The position numbers and the translations under genes were made by a program. A DNA stretch of 63,682 bases, the filler included, from Hyphochytrium catenoides (taxonomy: Eukaryota > Protista > Hyphochytriomycota), in assembly GCA_900088475.1 (NCBI GenBank). It is 9 parts of 9 records of this genome, joined end to end, with 100 filler letters (N's around TTAATTAATTAA, not from the genome) between each part and the next. Parts side by side here need not be neighbours in the genome. Positions count along the whole stretch, not along the records: positions 16,249 to 41,723 come from FLMG01002813.1; 8 more parts are not named here. One strand, 5' to 3'. Positions 24,653 through 36,825 of the stretch are shown in pieces. Numbering within the stretch: position 1 is the first letter of the stretch; the number at the start of each line of letters is the position of its first letter. The notes under the pieces are model-generated. The model worked only from the letters and a program-made list of their open reading frames with translations, ran no database searches and was not told where the DNA came from.

Positions 24653-27600
24653 ATGTCGATCCCAAAGATTACCAAGGTGAACAGCTTTACCACGCGGGGT
24701 CTGGCAGTGCTCCTAGCTGTTCTTGGGCTGGGCATTAGCGTTCTCTCCTTCCTGTGCATCATCCAGCTCCCGTTTATGGTAAGCTGTGACCTTGGTAAAC
24801 CGTGACAGCCAAAGAGATCTCATCCTAACACGTACATCTTTTTAGCAATGGCTGGGTGTTTGGGGCTGCTGTCTGGGCCTGCTGTACCCGACATCTCTCT
24901 TTCTGGTAACTGCCTAAGTCTAGTCTCCATAGCTCCTGACCTTACCCGCTTCTTTCTTAAATCGTCTCGGATTACGTGCTTTGCTGCCTTGCACCTGACA
25001 GCTTTCTCTATATCATTCTCCACTCGAGCCTTGGTTCTCTACTTCGGCTGACCTTCGCGTGCACTGTGCTTTCCCACTCCACCTGTAGTCTTTTCAGAAG
25101 AAGACCCCGCCCTTGCTAGTCTATTTCTCCATCATCTTGCTCCTCGCGTTTGGCACTGCCCTACTAGGGGGCCTCTCCTTCATCTTCATGCTTCAGATCA
25201 AGAGTGATGTGGCAGCCGAGTGGAAGTTCATACAGAGCAAGTATGAGGGCAAGAGTATGGAAGAGGTTAGTCTCTTGAGGGATAGGAGCAATTAAGGGAG
25301 CGATGTGGTAAAGCGTGTATAAGTAGTAAGGGGATGCCCGGGACTAATAATCTACGAAGTATAACCAGCATGGGAGAAAGTGGAGAGTGGATAGTCACCA
25401 CGGTGGACGGACTTTGGTAGAGCGCTGTCCTGACTTGGCCTCACTCTTATCACAGGTATCGCAGAGGTCTTGGTTGTACCTTCTCCTTATCGGTATTCTC
25501 AACTGTCTATGCGCTGTCATCAGCGCGGGAGTCGCCAAGTATCTAGCCAACGCTGTGGGGAAAAAGGTAAAGTGGCGAAAGCCCTCGCTTCTTAAGAATC
25601 TCTTCATCTTGCGTTATCTTGTCCTTTAGCCCTCTGTAAGTCACACTTCCTTGAGGGTCACGTCCAACCAGACATCGTGCCTCTTCTCGTCCCTTCCACA
25701 ACTCAAACCACTTGCCCCATGTGTACGAGTAACGTCTCACATATCGTTACCATGCAGCGAGCGTCCTCAACTATTTTGATGGTAAGTTCCTTAGGGAAGC
25801 GACGAATTCATTGTAATCTCACAATTTACTCTGGATATCAGATTTTCAATGTCTCCGCCATCCCTGTCGGCATCCTCTTCCTGGGAGCTGGGCAGTTCAT
25901 TCTTGGGACGGGAACCGTGGCTACCTCCCCCTTCACAGGTTAAATATCCTAAGAATTGCTCCTTTCAAATTCTCTCTTCTCCTTAGGGTTAGGGTTAGAT
26001 GGTCAAGGTCTAACTCCTTTTTCTCTATCTGTTCTTTTCGCTTCTCTCTTGCCTTGGCTGTCTTGTGCGCCTAATATTCGTCGCTTCTTTCAAGTTAAGT
26101 ATGTGTCTCTCTGGATCCGCTTGTGCCCAGCCTGCAGCCGACACGCATCCTCAAATGCATATTAGATGCCTCTCTTCAGTCATCTCTTCCCAAGTCTCAC
26201 CGCTTAACATTCTGTCCCCTTCTGACCTCCTAAATGTTGAACTAACTGATGGCGCTGCACAGGCGCTGCGATCTTCGCTGCTGGCGTGTTCTTCATCATC
26301 ATCAACTTCCTCGGGTGCTTCGGCACGACGACCTCCAGTCTAATCATTCTCTCCATATTCAACCTCTTGGCCTTTCTTCTCGGCTGTATGCTGCTTGGCC
26401 TGGGGCTTACATGCCTTATCATGGTTGGTTTACAGTTAACTTGGGCAGAATCAGCTCCTGACTATGTCTTGCTTCGCTTTTGCACATCCTGTTGGGGTTT
26501 CCCGCTATGTCATTTTTCCTCCTTTCTCGAGTTGAAGCGAAAGGGCATTCGCGTCTTGGTTGTTGTTCGTCCCTCTCTACCCTTTATCCTATCAAACTGT
26601 TTTGCCTCAGGGCTACTGCCCACAATCCACTTGCTTATACAAAGATGCTGCAGGCTTCCCAGATTCAAGCAGAGGTTCTTCAGCGGTGGGATACCATCCG
26701 AACCCTCCTTCCTCCTACGTTTGAAGGCAAATACGACAGCCATCGCTTTGCTCAGTTTGTAGAGGTAACGCTCTTCCTTTCAGAGTTCTTGCTTCTATTG
26801 GTTATATTGTCGCTTCTGTTGATGTTGACTCGATATGTGTTGCCATCCTTAGCTACGTTGATCATTCTATCCTCCGCTACTCTTGTGGTCGGAGTTAGGA
26901 GAGCTTGGTGATAGCATTGATGTTACATTCTTGACTTCAGGTCAATTTCCTGGCTCTTTCCTACGTCATGGTCATAGCGGGAACCTACCTCTATATGCAG
27001 TGCTTTGCGGGGATATCCTTGAGGCACGATATCATCTCGGGACGAGAACAGGAGGAGAGAGACAAGAAGCTGAAGAAAGTCCTTGCCAATGTTGAAGCTG
27101 GTAAGCACCAGCAGCATACGTGGGCTGGATTAGCGTAGAGGAATAAGTAGAATAGGGCTCGAACAAGGGCAATAACGAAGGACGCGGCAATGTGACCATA
27201 GATAATAATCAGGAAGAAGCAGTGTGAGGGATAAGAAGAAGAAGAAGCGCCAAGGAGTTCACACCTTGGCAGACGTCAGTGACTCATACTCATTCTCTTG
27301 TGCAGCCACGAGAATGCCAGGGGAGCCAGCTCCCATTGGAGAGCTAAACAACCATCAGCGAGCAGTCCTTCTTAGAGCCGAGGTAAACATATTTGGTCTC
27401 TAGGCAGGGGAACGTCCTAGTCTGTCCCAAACTATTCCCTTGTCGCCGTTTGCCTCTCTGCTTTACCCTGTCCTACTTTATTAAGAAAAGTAGGAGCCGC
27501 ACCATTCGCTTTTCCCTTCCCGTCTTCCCCCTCATCCCTCTCTTCTCTCCGATTCCCCTCTTCAACCAGTGGAATGAGAAGTGGATGAGAAAGTCCCGTT

Positions 27601-30224
27601 TTCAACGTCTAGCGATAAAGATTGGCTGCTGCTTGTGCTCCACAGTCATCTTCGCCCTCCTCGCCATGGTCATTCTCACAATGCTTTTCACCACCTCTTG
27701 CGGTGCCATCAGCTCATATGACCACGTAAGCCCCTTCATCTCCCTTGTGTCAGTGCGCGTCTAGCTTCTGGACTGATCTCTGCCATCTTTGCTAAATCTC
27801 TTCTAGGCTTTCGTTCCTTCCCTTTCTTCTTATCCGGTGCTAATCTTCCTTCCGCGCTCGCTGGTGTCCCTCTACGAGCTTACCTCCCTCTCTGTCGCAA
27901 GCACTAATCTCATTCTACAGAGCACTTCATTCTCATTGAACCCTATTGCGGGACAGTATGACGTCCGACATGTCAAGGTGCAAAACTCCTATCCTTACGG
28001 GTTAGTCAAGTTTGGCGTGGGGTCTGACAATGTTGGCTCGGTGGTTGTGAGCCAGAAAGCACTGACGGTATGTAGGGGCTACAAACCTACACCTCTAGAG
28101 TCCCGCCTTGCCACCTCTATCGTCTTCTTATTCAAGTTTGCTTAGCAGTTAACATTTGCTTACTTACCTTTATCTCTATAATTGACAGTCAGTCGTGACG
28201 AGCGGGACCCCGAGCCTTGTTCGCGAGGCAGATAGCAGTGCCGGTATCTCCGTAGCACCGAAAAGATTTCTCAATCCATTTGGGATAGACGTGTCATGTC
28301 AGGTAAGGCACCGCACCCCTGCATAGAACAAAGAGTTAGTCGATGAATCAAACGGGGAAAGGTGGGCGACGAGAAATTCACGGTCGTTATAGAGACAAAG
28401 CAGCGGGATCAAGCTGGAGGCCCACATAGCGAGAGATAGAGCCCTGATAGACCTGTCTACCGTGCAGCAAGCTCTGGTTGATGTCAATCTGCCACTACCG
28501 CCAGAAAATGGCTTAGTAGCGGTCACTCGTCCTTTGGAGCAGTCAACAGATTCTTCCTCTCCTGAAGCGGGAAACGTCAACCAGACTGCGAGTGGCATCG
28601 CAAACAAAGGAAACAACTCCACGTTGTATATACCAAGCCTCGAGATAGATACAGTCGATCTTATTGACATCAACATGCTCGACACCACAAACCAGTCGTC
28701 ACTCATTGGGAGAGTTAAGGCTCAGTCCGTGCAAGGTACGGATCGTGGCTGAGGGTCAGAGATTCATAATAAACGATCCTGGAGGTGATCTAAAAGGGTC
28801 TATAGGGAAAAAGCATGACCGCACAGAGCTATCGTCCATAGAGGAGTACTGGGTAAAGGGAAGTGGTTGATGCCCACAACTATGAATTTTCTAAATCTCA
28901 CTTCTCGGTTTGGCTATGTTTTCTGTCCAGGCAACATACGCGTGTATGCCCTCTACGCCGGAAGTGGAGGGGTGGATCTAACCTCCGAGTCTGGTTCAAT
29001 CTTTCTTACCGCTTCCCTTATCGACGGCACCGTTGACGGGGGAACAGGGAGTTTGATCGCTATGGACACCAAATACGGGCAAATAGTGGTAGTCAACAGC
29101 ACCTTTCGAGACTCTGTGGTTAATATTTTGGGGGGAGTTGGCCAGATCACTGTGACTTCAGTCTCTTGGTAAGAGTGACTTTTTAACATGAGATGATCTG
29201 CTTCTTCCTCCTGCCCGCGTATGGTCGTGACTTTTCCTCTTCTAGCTCATCAAACACATTCTACGATCACCCTTTCCGCTGAACTTCTGAATGTTCTCAA
29301 TGGTTATATTGGGCACTCACTCCTTCGTTCCTCATGTTTCTCTTCTTTGTTTCCTTTTCAGCATTGAGACTACTCGCGCGGGAGGCATAGAAATTATTTC
29401 TGGGAAAGGCACGGTCGTCCTCCAGGAAGTCGTGTGCAGTAACATCAAGGTGGCGACTACGGCTGGCGCCATACTGGGGTCCGCAATCTTCGGCTACTCG
29501 GTAATACCATCTAGATCCTTGATTTATTCCTGGGTGGAGGTTCTCATTCTTTATGCTTCTATTTAACTCTGCAACGTAGCCTAAGTCTGCGGATACGTAT
29601 CAGCTAGTGCTTTCCTCTGGATCAGGGGATATCTCGTTGACAGGGCTGGACGTCAGTGGCTTCATTGAGATCCGGAGCGACTCTGGAGATATCAGCATCC
29701 ACTTCCTGGTAGGCTGCGTAGATGGCGTACGGAATGGGTCTTGCTTGGCTCTGTGTGTCCTCTCTCTGTGTACCTTTGCTGCTGCTGGTCCTTATCCCCA
29801 AATATTTTCAGGAGCTTTTGCCCATCAATTAGCGCCACACATCTTCTTCACTAATGCTTTTCTACCATCATCTTTCTTCACAAGGACCTGTCTTTCAGCG
29901 GATATTTCACAGTATTGACTAGGAAAGGAACTGCGGTCGTCCGAGCGGGTCAAAGCTCTTATGACACAGTGAAGACGACAGAGGTAAACGGACAGAACTT
30001 TGTCACAGCTAGAACTCTCCTCTAACTTCTGCTCAAATCATCTCAAACGTTTCGCCTGCCAGGTTGGTGCTGACGGCACCATCTACGGAGAAGTAAACTG
30101 TGGAGAGGATAATAGCTGTAATTATATTGGAGGCATTAGTATCTTCAGCGACGCAGGGGACGTCACACTCATATTTGGTTGTGACGCTGACTCCCTGGCT
30201 GGATGTCGAAGCCAGTCTTCGTAG
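24653..30224 (+). CDS. Multi-exon membrane protein: two tandem tetraspanin-like 4-TM modules, a ninth TM, and a DUF4097/adhesin-like beta-repeat ectodomain
   Basis: Phase-consistent exons give TM segments including FFIIINFLGCFG. The C-terminal region has repeats such as SGSGDISL, SDSGDISI, SESGSIFL, TKYGQIVV and SDAGDVTL, ending GCRSQSS*. Confidence 0.72.
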
Positions 30225-30360
30225 GCTTTATTTCGCTTTCCTGTCAAGAATCTCAGTCAGTCCAGCAGACAGGACTCTAGACGTTCTATAATATTTACAG
30301 AGGAGTAGGTTTCCATCGTGTGTCTAATAAAAAATAGAGTGGACTGTTAAATAGGATTAT

Positions 30361-32191
30361 CTAAGGCGCTGGTTCTGAAGGTCCTGGAGCGGGAGGAAGT
30401 GAGTGTGCTGGGGCATTACTGCCTTCAGCGACATACGTCGGCGCTTCCATTGGCTCTGAAAAGCAACAATCCTGTGTGCTGGTGCCACTGTCAGCAATGT
30501 GAGGAGGACCTGCTTGACTTTTGTCTTCTTTCGAAACCAAGATAGCGCCTGCAGGCTGAATAGCATTGCTAGCTGTGTTAACCGCGGCTGCGGACTCAGG
30601 GGCGGCTTCATCCTGGTTGGTTGCAGCCTGTAGAACTTGCATTCCTGGGTACCGGAAGGGCATTGTACGCCAGACGCCAGAGTCATCCCTGTTTTGGAGT
30701 CGCGCAGCTCTCCGCCTCCGTAAGTCTTTAGACTCAAGATGCTGGACGACAAACTCTTCTAGATCCATCGTTTTCCCTCCTTCCCCTGACAAGTGTGCCA
30801 CCTAAGATAGAAAGCGACTTATGAGGCCCACGATAGCAGCACTGGCCATAAGGCAAATGGCTACCAATAATAGCATCTCTTCTTGAGTAAGAGCTCTGCT
30901 GCATCTATCACTGGCTTCGCATCCTGCTAAGGATAACAGTCTCTGCGGCTCCTCAGTTGGCGAACAATCGGGATCGACAAGTGCTCCGTTTCGACTAATG
31001 TAGCTATAAACCTAGGGAAAGACCATCATAAGTAAGCCTCGCAGCAAATTATTGGTAAAATTGTAGAGATGAAGCTACCTCTCCGGGGCCTAGCAGCAGC
31101 CGTTCGTCATCGCCTCTCTCACTCACATCCGAGTCTGTGCCTTCAGTCCTTTCAGGCAAGAGGCATGGTAGCTTGTTTTCGGGACTGGGGACACACGCAT
31201 GTCAAACTTCTTGCACAATCCAGGAAGAATTGTCTCCACTTACCTTGCTAATGAAAGCCTGACATCCTTAAGCTTGATAAAGTCATAGCTGCCTTCGGTG
31301 CTGTGCATGATCTCGAGCTGGTGTCTGTCCAGGTACGTAATGAAGACCTCTACAGCCGTGCCAGCCGAGTAAGCCAAGGTAGCAGGAACAGCTCCATAAC
31401 CTGTGATACTAGCCGCGTAAACGCTGTCAAAGTCTTCAAGCCTTGCCTAGAAATTGAATCGAAAGTGATGTTCACAGCCTTCAATAAAGGGCACTTGTCG
31501 GGATATGGTAGAGGCAGCAAAGCCCTCACCTTTATCGTCGGAATCACACTAACGCCTCTTGGGGAGCCCGCCTCCGCTGAAAGGCAGAATTTTCTCGTTA
31601 GTTGCTCTGGGGCAGCATTGGATCCGTAAGCTAGAACAGGCGCTCGCTTTTCGAAGTCTGGAATCTGGAGAGGGTCTATGCCGCAGACTTGAGACAGGAA
31701 ATCTTTTATTGGGTAAGTTTGCCCTTCATGAACTACCTGTAAAGGGAGTCAAAGGATGGGGATGTAGAGGTTGAAGGACAGAAAGCTGGTCGTTACCACT
31801 TGAGTGAGTAGTAAAGAGGACATGGAGTTGATGAGGACGAACAGCGAAATGAGACAGCATAACGCGCACGAGTAGATAGACCTTCGTAAGACCAGAGCTC
31901 ATCGACGATGTCGACGAAGACGACCAAGGAGATTACTTACCGATGAGCTCATCAATGAGTCCCCCAGTGAGACCAGAGGATAAGCCTCACCATCGACAAA
32001 GAGGAAGGACCTCTGAGAGATACAGGTGGGCGTGTTAAGTCAGCCGAACGCTCCAAAGCAAAGTCTGTATGAGTGAATGCACCTACAGCCGGTCTAAAGT
32101 AGGGATATGTCACGGCTCGCGTGTACAAATCTCGGCGCTTCTGCAGCTCGGGGGGTAAGGGTGCAAGCATTTCTGCCAGATTTGTAAACAT
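30361..32191 (-). CDS. Gamma-glutamylcyclotransferase-like (YGSN) protein of an uncharacterised bacterial-type family, 7 exons
   Basis: Spliced protein reads RAVTYPYFRPARSFLFVDG..RAPVLAYGSNAAPEQLTRKF..VIPTIKARLEDFDSVYAASITGYGAVPATLAYSAGTAVEVFITYLDRHQLEIMHSTEGSY..VYSYISRNGAL. Intron phases are consistent; the start codon is tentative. Confidence 0.72.
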
Positions 32192-35082
32192 CTTGGACAA
32201 GGACGATCTTTGCCTCAGTCCTGCACTATATTGAAATTACCATTAGTCTCCAGGAGAGATGGACAAAGCAGTCGGTATACATCTATGCACAGCTCTTACT
32301 TCTTGGGGTCCGAAACCCTGTCGATGGAGTCTGAGCTCGTGATTGCGGCTGATAGTGTCGAAAGGAACCCAGACCACCCCAGGTCTAAATTCTGCGAGTG
32401 AGTGGTGTCTTCCCCATCTTGCTTATGTTCCTCTTCAGTTGGTGCAACGATCTGCCCGACGCTGGATTGCAGTAGGCCACTGACGAACATCCTCCTCTCT
32501 CCTATTTTGCGATGTCCACTGAAGTCCCACTCAAGGGGGCGGAAGATGTTTCCCACAGGGCTACACGCTGAGTTAAGCCTCCGGCTGATAATAGCTTTTC
32601 ACTGCGTCAATATAGAACGTCGAATGTCAACTGAGAGCTTGTGTCAATCACAGCGATCAGCAAAATATAGGTGCAGATCGAGGGGCGGATCGCTTTGTCT
32701 TCTTCGGATCTCCCTTTTTGTCTCTCTGGACTCTGCACTTATCAACCACCTCCTCTTTTACTGTCTCTGATGCTTAACTGCGGCGGCTGCGGGCGGGCAG
32801 AGTGCAATGAAGGGAAGATGTACAATCTCATCCTGGATCCCATGCTATTAGAAGGCGAGGAGAGAGGAAATAGCCCGCAACTCTTCGGGTTCCTCGATGA
32901 GTCAGCAGCTGAGTCAGCAGATGAAAGGCAAGCGGCACTGACCACGTCCATTACAACAACAACGAACATCACGCTAAACTGATGTTCCTCTTGTAAACAA
33001 AATATCTGTTGCGTTGCTTGTACAGCAGCCCCATACTCTGGTAGTTCCTAGTGTCCAACAACAATCTGGCGATGTCATCATCATCAGTAGTAGTAGTAGA
33101 TAGTAGCTCCTCTACCAAAGCTGCCCCACACTAAAGTATAACCTGAGGCGGCCGACGACGCTCCTCGGCATATACTCTTTGTACGCTGCGTGAAGCCATC
33201 ACTAGTGGCACGTTTACCCTCCGCCGCATGAGGAACAGAGGCGGTCGACGACTGCAGATCTCGATATAGCCAGTCATTCCATCAAAGGTCGCGTATTACC
33301 TCGTCTCCTTGATCGTGACAGCACCAGGGCGGGCCACCATCACGAAGAGCTCTATTGTTTCCCTCTACTACCACGCTGGACTGGTAAAGAATAGAAGAAC
33401 GAGAGGTCCTTGATCTAAATTCTATATTATAGAGCAGCAACAGCAGGCAAAAACGACGTGGAAGGATGACGCGACAGTGAGGAAAGAATGATTGACATGT
33501 TACTACGGACTTGCTGCATATTGCTTGTTGGTTATTACCCTATATCATAGAGCTAATGCTATTAGGCATAGGAATGCTGTCATCACCCATCATCCCAGCG
33601 TTGGCCAACGCGTCCTGATAATAGCATCTGTAGGGTATTTCGGCTAGTTATCGTTAGATGGCCGGAAGAGAGAAGAATGGCGGACTACCTACTCGTACAA
33701 GGACGCTTGCAAGTGATGCTGGCTTCTTCATCCTTCTGTCTACCTTTACTGCTCGTCGTAATGATGGTCCTAAGCAGCGATGAATGCGAAGCATTGATAC
33801 AAGAGCAGCAGGAGATAGACACGATCTGGAGCTGATTTTCCCCGCAAAATATAGTAAGCTCTGGATCTAGGCTGGTACAGCCAGCAGAAAAAACTGCCAG
33901 CCTTTACTCTGGTCTTCGGAGGCAAGAGAGCTATGAGCAGTGATGAAATAGGACAAGATGCCTCATCAACTCATCAGTACTTGTGTACAAGCTTGTCTCT
34001 TCAACAAGAGTGGACCCCCAAACACCAGGCACCACAGTATTATTATCAGAAGGGACAACAATCAACAGGGCCACCTTCTCCCCGCATGGTTTTCAGAGAG
34101 AGGGTCACCAAGCACTGGCCCATGGCATTGAAGAAGACAATGAACAGCCACCCAGTCTTCTCCCACCAGCACAAACTGGCAGTGCGCCAAGAAGAAAGCT
34201 ACTTGCAAAGCCGGTAGCTGTCCTATTCTATTCTCACTGCTATTGTTGCGCCACAAGCAGCTCATTGTGGAGCCTCATCAGCACTCAACGGAGAGACAAA
34301 GAGCCAGCAGCCAGCAGCCAGCACACGTCAGACAAACTACCTGGTAACAGCGGTGGTCGTTATCTTCGGTCGTCCCATTGGCCTGCGCTTTCTTCTGTCC
34401 CTGATGTCCCATTGCCCTGCGCTTTCTTTTGTCCCTGATGTCTCTGGTACTATTTCACAATACTTATACTCTCCCATCCGCCCTCAACTCTACCTCATAT
34501 CTAAATTCGGAACCAACCACCCCACCCATCCCGCGTTCATTCTTGTGACAAACTCTTTGTCTTGGGAGCTCAGAACCTGAGACCGGGAAGAGGGCCCAGG
34601 AAGCCTCTTAAAGCCCCTGATCAGAATATTTCAATGTTACACAAAGGAATAGTTCAACAGTTCTATATCAGGTATTTACCAACTGAGACATATTGGTTTC
34701 TTTCGTTCACTCTTGGCAACCCAGCACCAAATAGAAGATGAATCATCAAAAGAGGTTTGAACATCCTCATTGCTGGAAAAGGGCTTTAAGCTCTGTCCAA
34801 TGTTTAAGGAGAGCTGGCACGTGGGTTGCGGTTGGTGCAGTGTGAGCGGGGTCAACGCGGCATTGAGGGAGACAGAGGTGAGGGAGAAAGAAAGTTCAGA
34901 GATTCGACGTGAGTTAAAGGCTTTATCTCTGCCTTCTCTTTTATTCTCTTCAGTTAGGTCCCGCTCTCCCCGATCAGACATTCATTAGAGCAGCACAGTT
35001 CTTATTTCCCTTGAGACAGCAATAGCGTTAAGTTGAGATTGTACAACATACCTGCAGAAGAAGCAGAGTTTGTCGCTGAAAC

Positions 35083-36195
35083 ATGGGAGTCCCACAACTT
35101 CACATCAGAGCGGTCGAAGCCCGGAACCTTCCCAAGGTTCAGGTAAGTTTGAGTAGGTTACCAGCTTACTGCAGGCTCAGGAAGACTCACGATAGTTGAT
35201 TTTGTCCGGAACAGCTAATCGGTAAGCAGGATCCTTACTGCGTCCTCAAAGTCGGCCGCCAAAAGTTCAGGACCACAACCCATGACAATGGTGGATCTAA
35301 ACCAAGATGGAACGAGAAGTTCATCTTCTTCCCTCAGAGCCCACAGACAGATATGATTGATATCGAAATTTGGAATGACAACAATGTGGCAGAGTACGTA
35401 GTTTAGATGTACTGGCTTTTGCGGTCGTTTCCTGGTTTAACTCCCCCGCTGCTCTCTTTTCAGTGAGATTATCGCGGAGACTAAGCTGCCTCTCCAGAAC
35501 TTCCTGCATGGAAATCTTGTTGATGACTGGATTCCTGTGTACAGAAAGGGCAAATCTGCGGGAGAGATCAATCTTCGCATGCAATACCTTAAGGATGCTC
35601 CAGCACCTGCACCCCAGCCGGGGCACTATGCACAAGCTTATCCTGTGGCCGGTGGTCAGCCGGCGAAGCCTCCGTCAGCATATCCTGCTGCATCCAGCGC
35701 GGGGCATGCTTACCCGGCGCAAGCCCAGGCTTATCCTATGAGCGCTGCGCCAGTCAGCGCCGCACCTGTCGCGACAGCTGCTCCTGTTGCGACAGCAGCC
35801 CCTGTTGCGACAGCAGCTCCCGTGGGATACCCTCCTGCAGGATACCCGCCAGCTGCGCATGGAGGATACCCACAACAATCATATGGACATCCTCCTGCTG
35901 GCTATCCCCAGCCAGGTTATGCTCCCGGCTACCCTCCTGCCCAGGGATATGGTCATCCGCCCCAGACGGTCTATGTCCAACAACAGCCAGGATACTATCC
36001 GCCACATGTAAGTTGTCGAGTTGCGCATGTGAGTGTGGTACCTCAAACTAACTGGCTTTTTCTTCTCTAATCGCTCAGGGACACCATAACGGGAGACACG
36101 GTGGGAGAAGACATGGCGGTGGCGGTGAGATGGCAGCTGGTGCCGCAGCGGGGTTACTGGGTGGCTTAGTGTTGGGAGAGATGCTTTTTGACTAG
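35083..36195 (+). CDS. C2-domain protein with a Pro/Tyr/Gly/Gln-rich tail and a Gly-zipper C-terminus (SRC2-like), 4 exons
   Basis: LHIRAVEARNL..GKQDPYCVLKVG..RTTTHDNGGSKPRWNEKF..GEINLRMQY, then (APVATA)3 and GYPP repeats, ending AAGAAAGLLGGLVLGEMLFD*. Confidence 0.88.
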
Positions 36196-36744
36196 GATCC
36201 ATTTGCTTTGTGTACATAAGAGATAATATTATGGGCAGCATTGGCTCTAGGTGGCCCTCGTAAGCTTGTTTGCAAGGAGAGTCTGCCATGAAGATTCAAA
36301 TATATACGGTATGGATACTGGATGTATAACATTGCTGCACTCCATTTTTAAGCAGTTGTGATCATTAGAACATCCCAGGATGCCCTTCCAGAGCCATCGG
36401 ATGTAGGCATTGTAAGGGATTTTAGAGCACAGAGTATGCTCTAAATCCTTACACACACGCGCACTCATTGCACTAAGTCCTGACACACACATGCACATCT
36501 TGAGTGCTCAACAGCAGTCTGCATAATCCTGACGAGGGGCTTCGCATCTATGTCCACTTGGACTTCATGATAAATATCGGTAGACGTTATCGCGCGTTGT
36601 AACCCCCATAAACAGCAACCTAGTGGAGAAGACAACCATTGCACCCCACGAAGTCTACTTGCCGCCTCTACAATCGGCCATGTTGACAAGTGAGAGACCC
36701 TAACGGTACCACAAGCGCTATTGCAATCCACTTTTGCAAGCCCC

Positions 36745-36825
36745 TTATTACTTTCCCGGCAAGCCCCTTATTAGTTACCTGACTATTATTACTTTCCCGG
36801 CAAACCCTTATTAGTTACCTGACTA
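36745..36825. repeat. Tandem duplication of about 40 bp
   Basis: TTATTACTTTCCCGGCAA..CCCTTATTAGTTACCTGACTA occurs twice, with a partial unit upstream. Confidence 0.9.

Noticed and set aside
24779-24808. 30-nt micro-intron in the tetraspanin-like gene
   Set aside because: A better 68-nt intron (24779-24846) with a CTAAC branch point and a T-rich acceptor keeps the frame.
33000-34600. Possible genes or transposon remnants here and at 4600-5300, 12400-13900, 37000-38600 and 41824-44900
   Set aside because: There are protein-like patches and some splice-like signals, but no consistent gene model or recognisable domain could be built by eye.
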